Shown: positions 61,303 through 64,000 of the stretch, piece after piece
How the letters are laid out: each line of letters opens with the position of its first letter
Numbering within the stretch: position 1 is the stretch's first letter
NCBI GenBank assembly: GCA_030390025.1
Contig: CM059432.1
Location: 129,086,001-129,150,000 of the forward strand
DNA from: Squalus acanthias
Taxonomy: Eukaryota
DNA: 64,000 nt
Direction of reading: 5' to 3'
Notes under the pieces: model-generated
Told to the model about the DNA's origin: nothing
Database searches by the model: none
What the model saw: the letters and a program-made list of their open reading frames with translations, nothing else
Position numbers and translations under genes: made by a program

Positions 61303-64000
61303 TGATGAGATCACTGCAGTGGTGAGGAATGATATTGGCTCAGAAGCTCAAGATGTAGAATCAGTTTGGGTGGAGATAAGAAATAGTAAGGGTAAGAAGT
61401 CACTGGTGGGAGTAGTATATATGCCCCCTAACAGTAGCTATACTGTAGGACAGAGTATAAATCAAGAAATAATGGGGACTGGTAAGAAAGGTACTGCAAT
61501 AATCATGGGTGATTTTAATCATCATATAGATTGGACAAATCAAATTGACAAGGGGAGTCTTGAGGATGAGTTCATAGAGTGTATTCGGGATGGTTTCTTA
61601 GAGCAATACGTTGAGGAACCAACCAGGGAGCAGGCTATTTTAGATCTGGTAATGTGTAATGAGATAGGATTAATTAATGATCTCATAGTAAAGGATCCCC
61701 TAGGAAAGAGTGATCATAGCTTGGTAGAATTTCAAATTCAGTTTGAGGGTGAGAAACTCGGGTCTGAAACTAGTGTCCTAAACTTAAATAAAGGCAATTA
61801 CAAGGGTATGAGGACAGAGTTGACTAAAGTGGACTGGGAAAATAGATTAAAGGGTAAGACGGAAGATTAGCAGTGGCAGACATTTAAGGAGATATTTCAT
61901 AAATCTCAGCAAAGGTATATTCCAGTGAGAAAGAAAGGCTCTACGAGACGGATGAACCATCTGTGGCTAACTAAGGAAGTTAAAGATGGTAGCAAACTGA
62001 AAGAAAAGGCATACAATGTTGTGAAGATTAGTGGTAGGCCAGAGGATTGGGAATTTTTTAGAAACAGGAAAGGATGACGAAAAAAATTATAAAGAGGGAA
62101 AAGACAGAGGGGGAAAAATTCAGTTGGTTGTGCCTCCCATTAGCGCCTTAAGAGGGCGCTAATGGGGCGCAAAGCAACTACCGCCCGGGCGCGGCGATGT
62201 TTGCGCCGCTCGCAAAATTAACTAGACATTTTGCGGCGGCGCTAAACACTACCGCCACGATCTCCTGCGCCGGCAGATCGTGACGTCAGTCAAGTGCGCA
62301 ACGCCCCGGTAGCGCCCTGGAGCGGATATTGAGTGGCGCCCCCTGCCTTACCGCCTGCCGCTAGCAACGACAGGTTGAGGGGAGCGTTTTGCAGTCAGGA
62401 AGGGACTGGGGGAGCACTATTTAAAGGCGACCGCTTCCTGCCTTTTTTTGTTGGTGATATTTTTGAACCACACATTCTGAGAGAGAGAGAGAGAGACTTC
62501 TGGAGAGATTCAACGCTGTGTGAAGGAGTTTTGGGTACTGAGCAGCACTTTGCAGGTTCATTTTGATTTGCCCTTCCTTGTATCGATTTAGAAGAGACTG
62601 TGGGGTTGCACTCTGAGCTCTTTCCCTGGTTCTCTCCATTGTTCTTTCCAGCAGATTTGATGTACAGGTCTCTCCAGGCCGAGATTCAAGGCTGCAATGA
62701 GCAGGATGTGGATGGAAAGCAAGATCAACCCACCCCTTTAAGAATTGGCTGGCGCCATTGTGTCTGTGTTCCATTGCTGACTGACATCACATGAGCTTCG
62801 CCAGCGCTCTGAGTTAGTGCCTCGCTCCTCGGCCTTTGCGCCTTAAGACAGGTGTGTAGCGCCTGATTTAGTGCTCCAATCACCTCCAGGGGCGATAAAA
62901 GTCAAGTTTGCAGTCAGAGGTGATAATTAGCGCCAGGCGCTAATCTTTGCGCCCGGCCGATAATTGCGCCCCAAACGGGGCGATACTGAATTTTTCCCCC
63001 AGAGTATGAGAGTAAACTAGCAAATAATATATAAAAAACAGTAAGATCTTCTACAGGTATATAAAAAGGAAGAGAGTAGCTAAAGTAAACGTTGGTCCCT
63101 TAGAGGATGAGACTGGGGAATTAATAATGGGAAATAGAGAAATGGCAGAGACTCTAAACAATTATTTTGGATCGGTCTTCACGGTAGAAGACACTAAAAA
63201 CATCCCAATAATAATAGATAACCAAGGGGCTATAGGGAGGGAGCAACTTAAAACAATCTCTATCACTGGAGAAAAAGTACTAGGCAAACTAATGGGGCTA
63301 AATGCTGACAAGTCCCCTGGACCTGATGGCCTGCATCCTAGAGTCTTAAAAGAAGTGGCTGCAGAGATAGTGGATGCGTTGATTGTAATCTACCAAAATT
63401 CTCTGGACTCTGAAGAGGACCCAGCGGATTCGAAAACCGCAAATGTAACGCCCCTATTTAAGAAAGGAGGGAGACAGAAAGCAGGAAACTATAAGCCAGT
63501 TAGCCTTACATCTGTCATTGGGAAAATGCTGGAATCCATTATTAAGGAGGTAATAGCAGGACATTTAGAAAATCATAAGACAATCAAGCAGAGTCAACAT
63601 GGTTTTATGAAAGGGAAATTGTGTTTGACAAATTTGCTAGAGTTCTTTGAGGATGTAACAAACAGGGTGGATAAAGGGGAACCAGTAGATGTGGTGTATT
63701 TGGATTTCCAGAAGGCATTCGATAAGGTGCCACATAAAAGGTTACTGCACAAGATAAGAGCGCACGGGGTTGGGGGTAATATATTGGCATGGATAGGGGA
63801 TTGGCTAACTAATAGAAAACAGAGAGTCGGGATAAATGAGTCATTTTCCGGTTGGCAATCAGTAACTAATGGGGTGCCACAGGGATCAGTGCTGGGGCCT
63901 CAACTATTTACAATCTATATTAATGACTTGGATGAAGGGACCGAGCATACTGTAGCCAAATTTGCTAATGATACAAAGATAGGTGGATTAGCAAGTTGTG
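61303..64000 (+). mobile_element. CR1 LINE ORF2 (endonuclease to RT), 5'-truncated, disrupted, running off the window
   Basis: ESVWVEIRNSKG...GDFN...[36 protein letters not shown]; stop at 61868-61870. Confidence 0.95.
62109..63000. mobile_element. PIF/Harbinger MITE, copy 2 (892 bp), inserted in CR1 ORF2
   Basis: Same 16-bp TIR as 41056; TSD AGA (62106-62108 / 63001-63003). Excision restores KREKTEYESKLA. Confidence 0.96.

Overview
Eukaryotic DNA, almost certainly from a cartilaginous fish (inferred from Deu-domain SacSINE1-like SINEs, shark-type CR1/L2 LINEs and a Penelope element). It is dominated by transposable elements and has a 512-N assembly gap at 44277-44788. I found no confidently identifiable host protein-coding gene. 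The first ~19.4 kb is a nested stack up to five levels deep. An old PIF/Harbinger transposon (DDE transposase on +, intron-containing Myb/SANT gene on -) is split by a near-full-length CR1. That CR1 is split by a Harbinger MITE and a second CR1, whose 3' tail holds a composite Harbinger element with a Myb/SANT gene and a transposase lacking its DDE core. The rest of the window contains Harbinger MITEs with 3-bp TSDs (two hosting large G/C-skewed minisatellites) and a 5'-truncated Penelope element with an open RT/GIY-YIG frame. It also has two minimal hammerhead ribozymes showing a compensatory base-pair change, a local inverted duplication and many LINE/SINE fragments. The best non-TE candidate is a disabled minus-strand ORF at ~28.7-29.2 kb with a signal-peptide-like start and 11/33-residue repeats, plus several minus-strand exon-like segments. 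All alignments were done by eye; coordinates without a TSD or TIR anchor are approximate.
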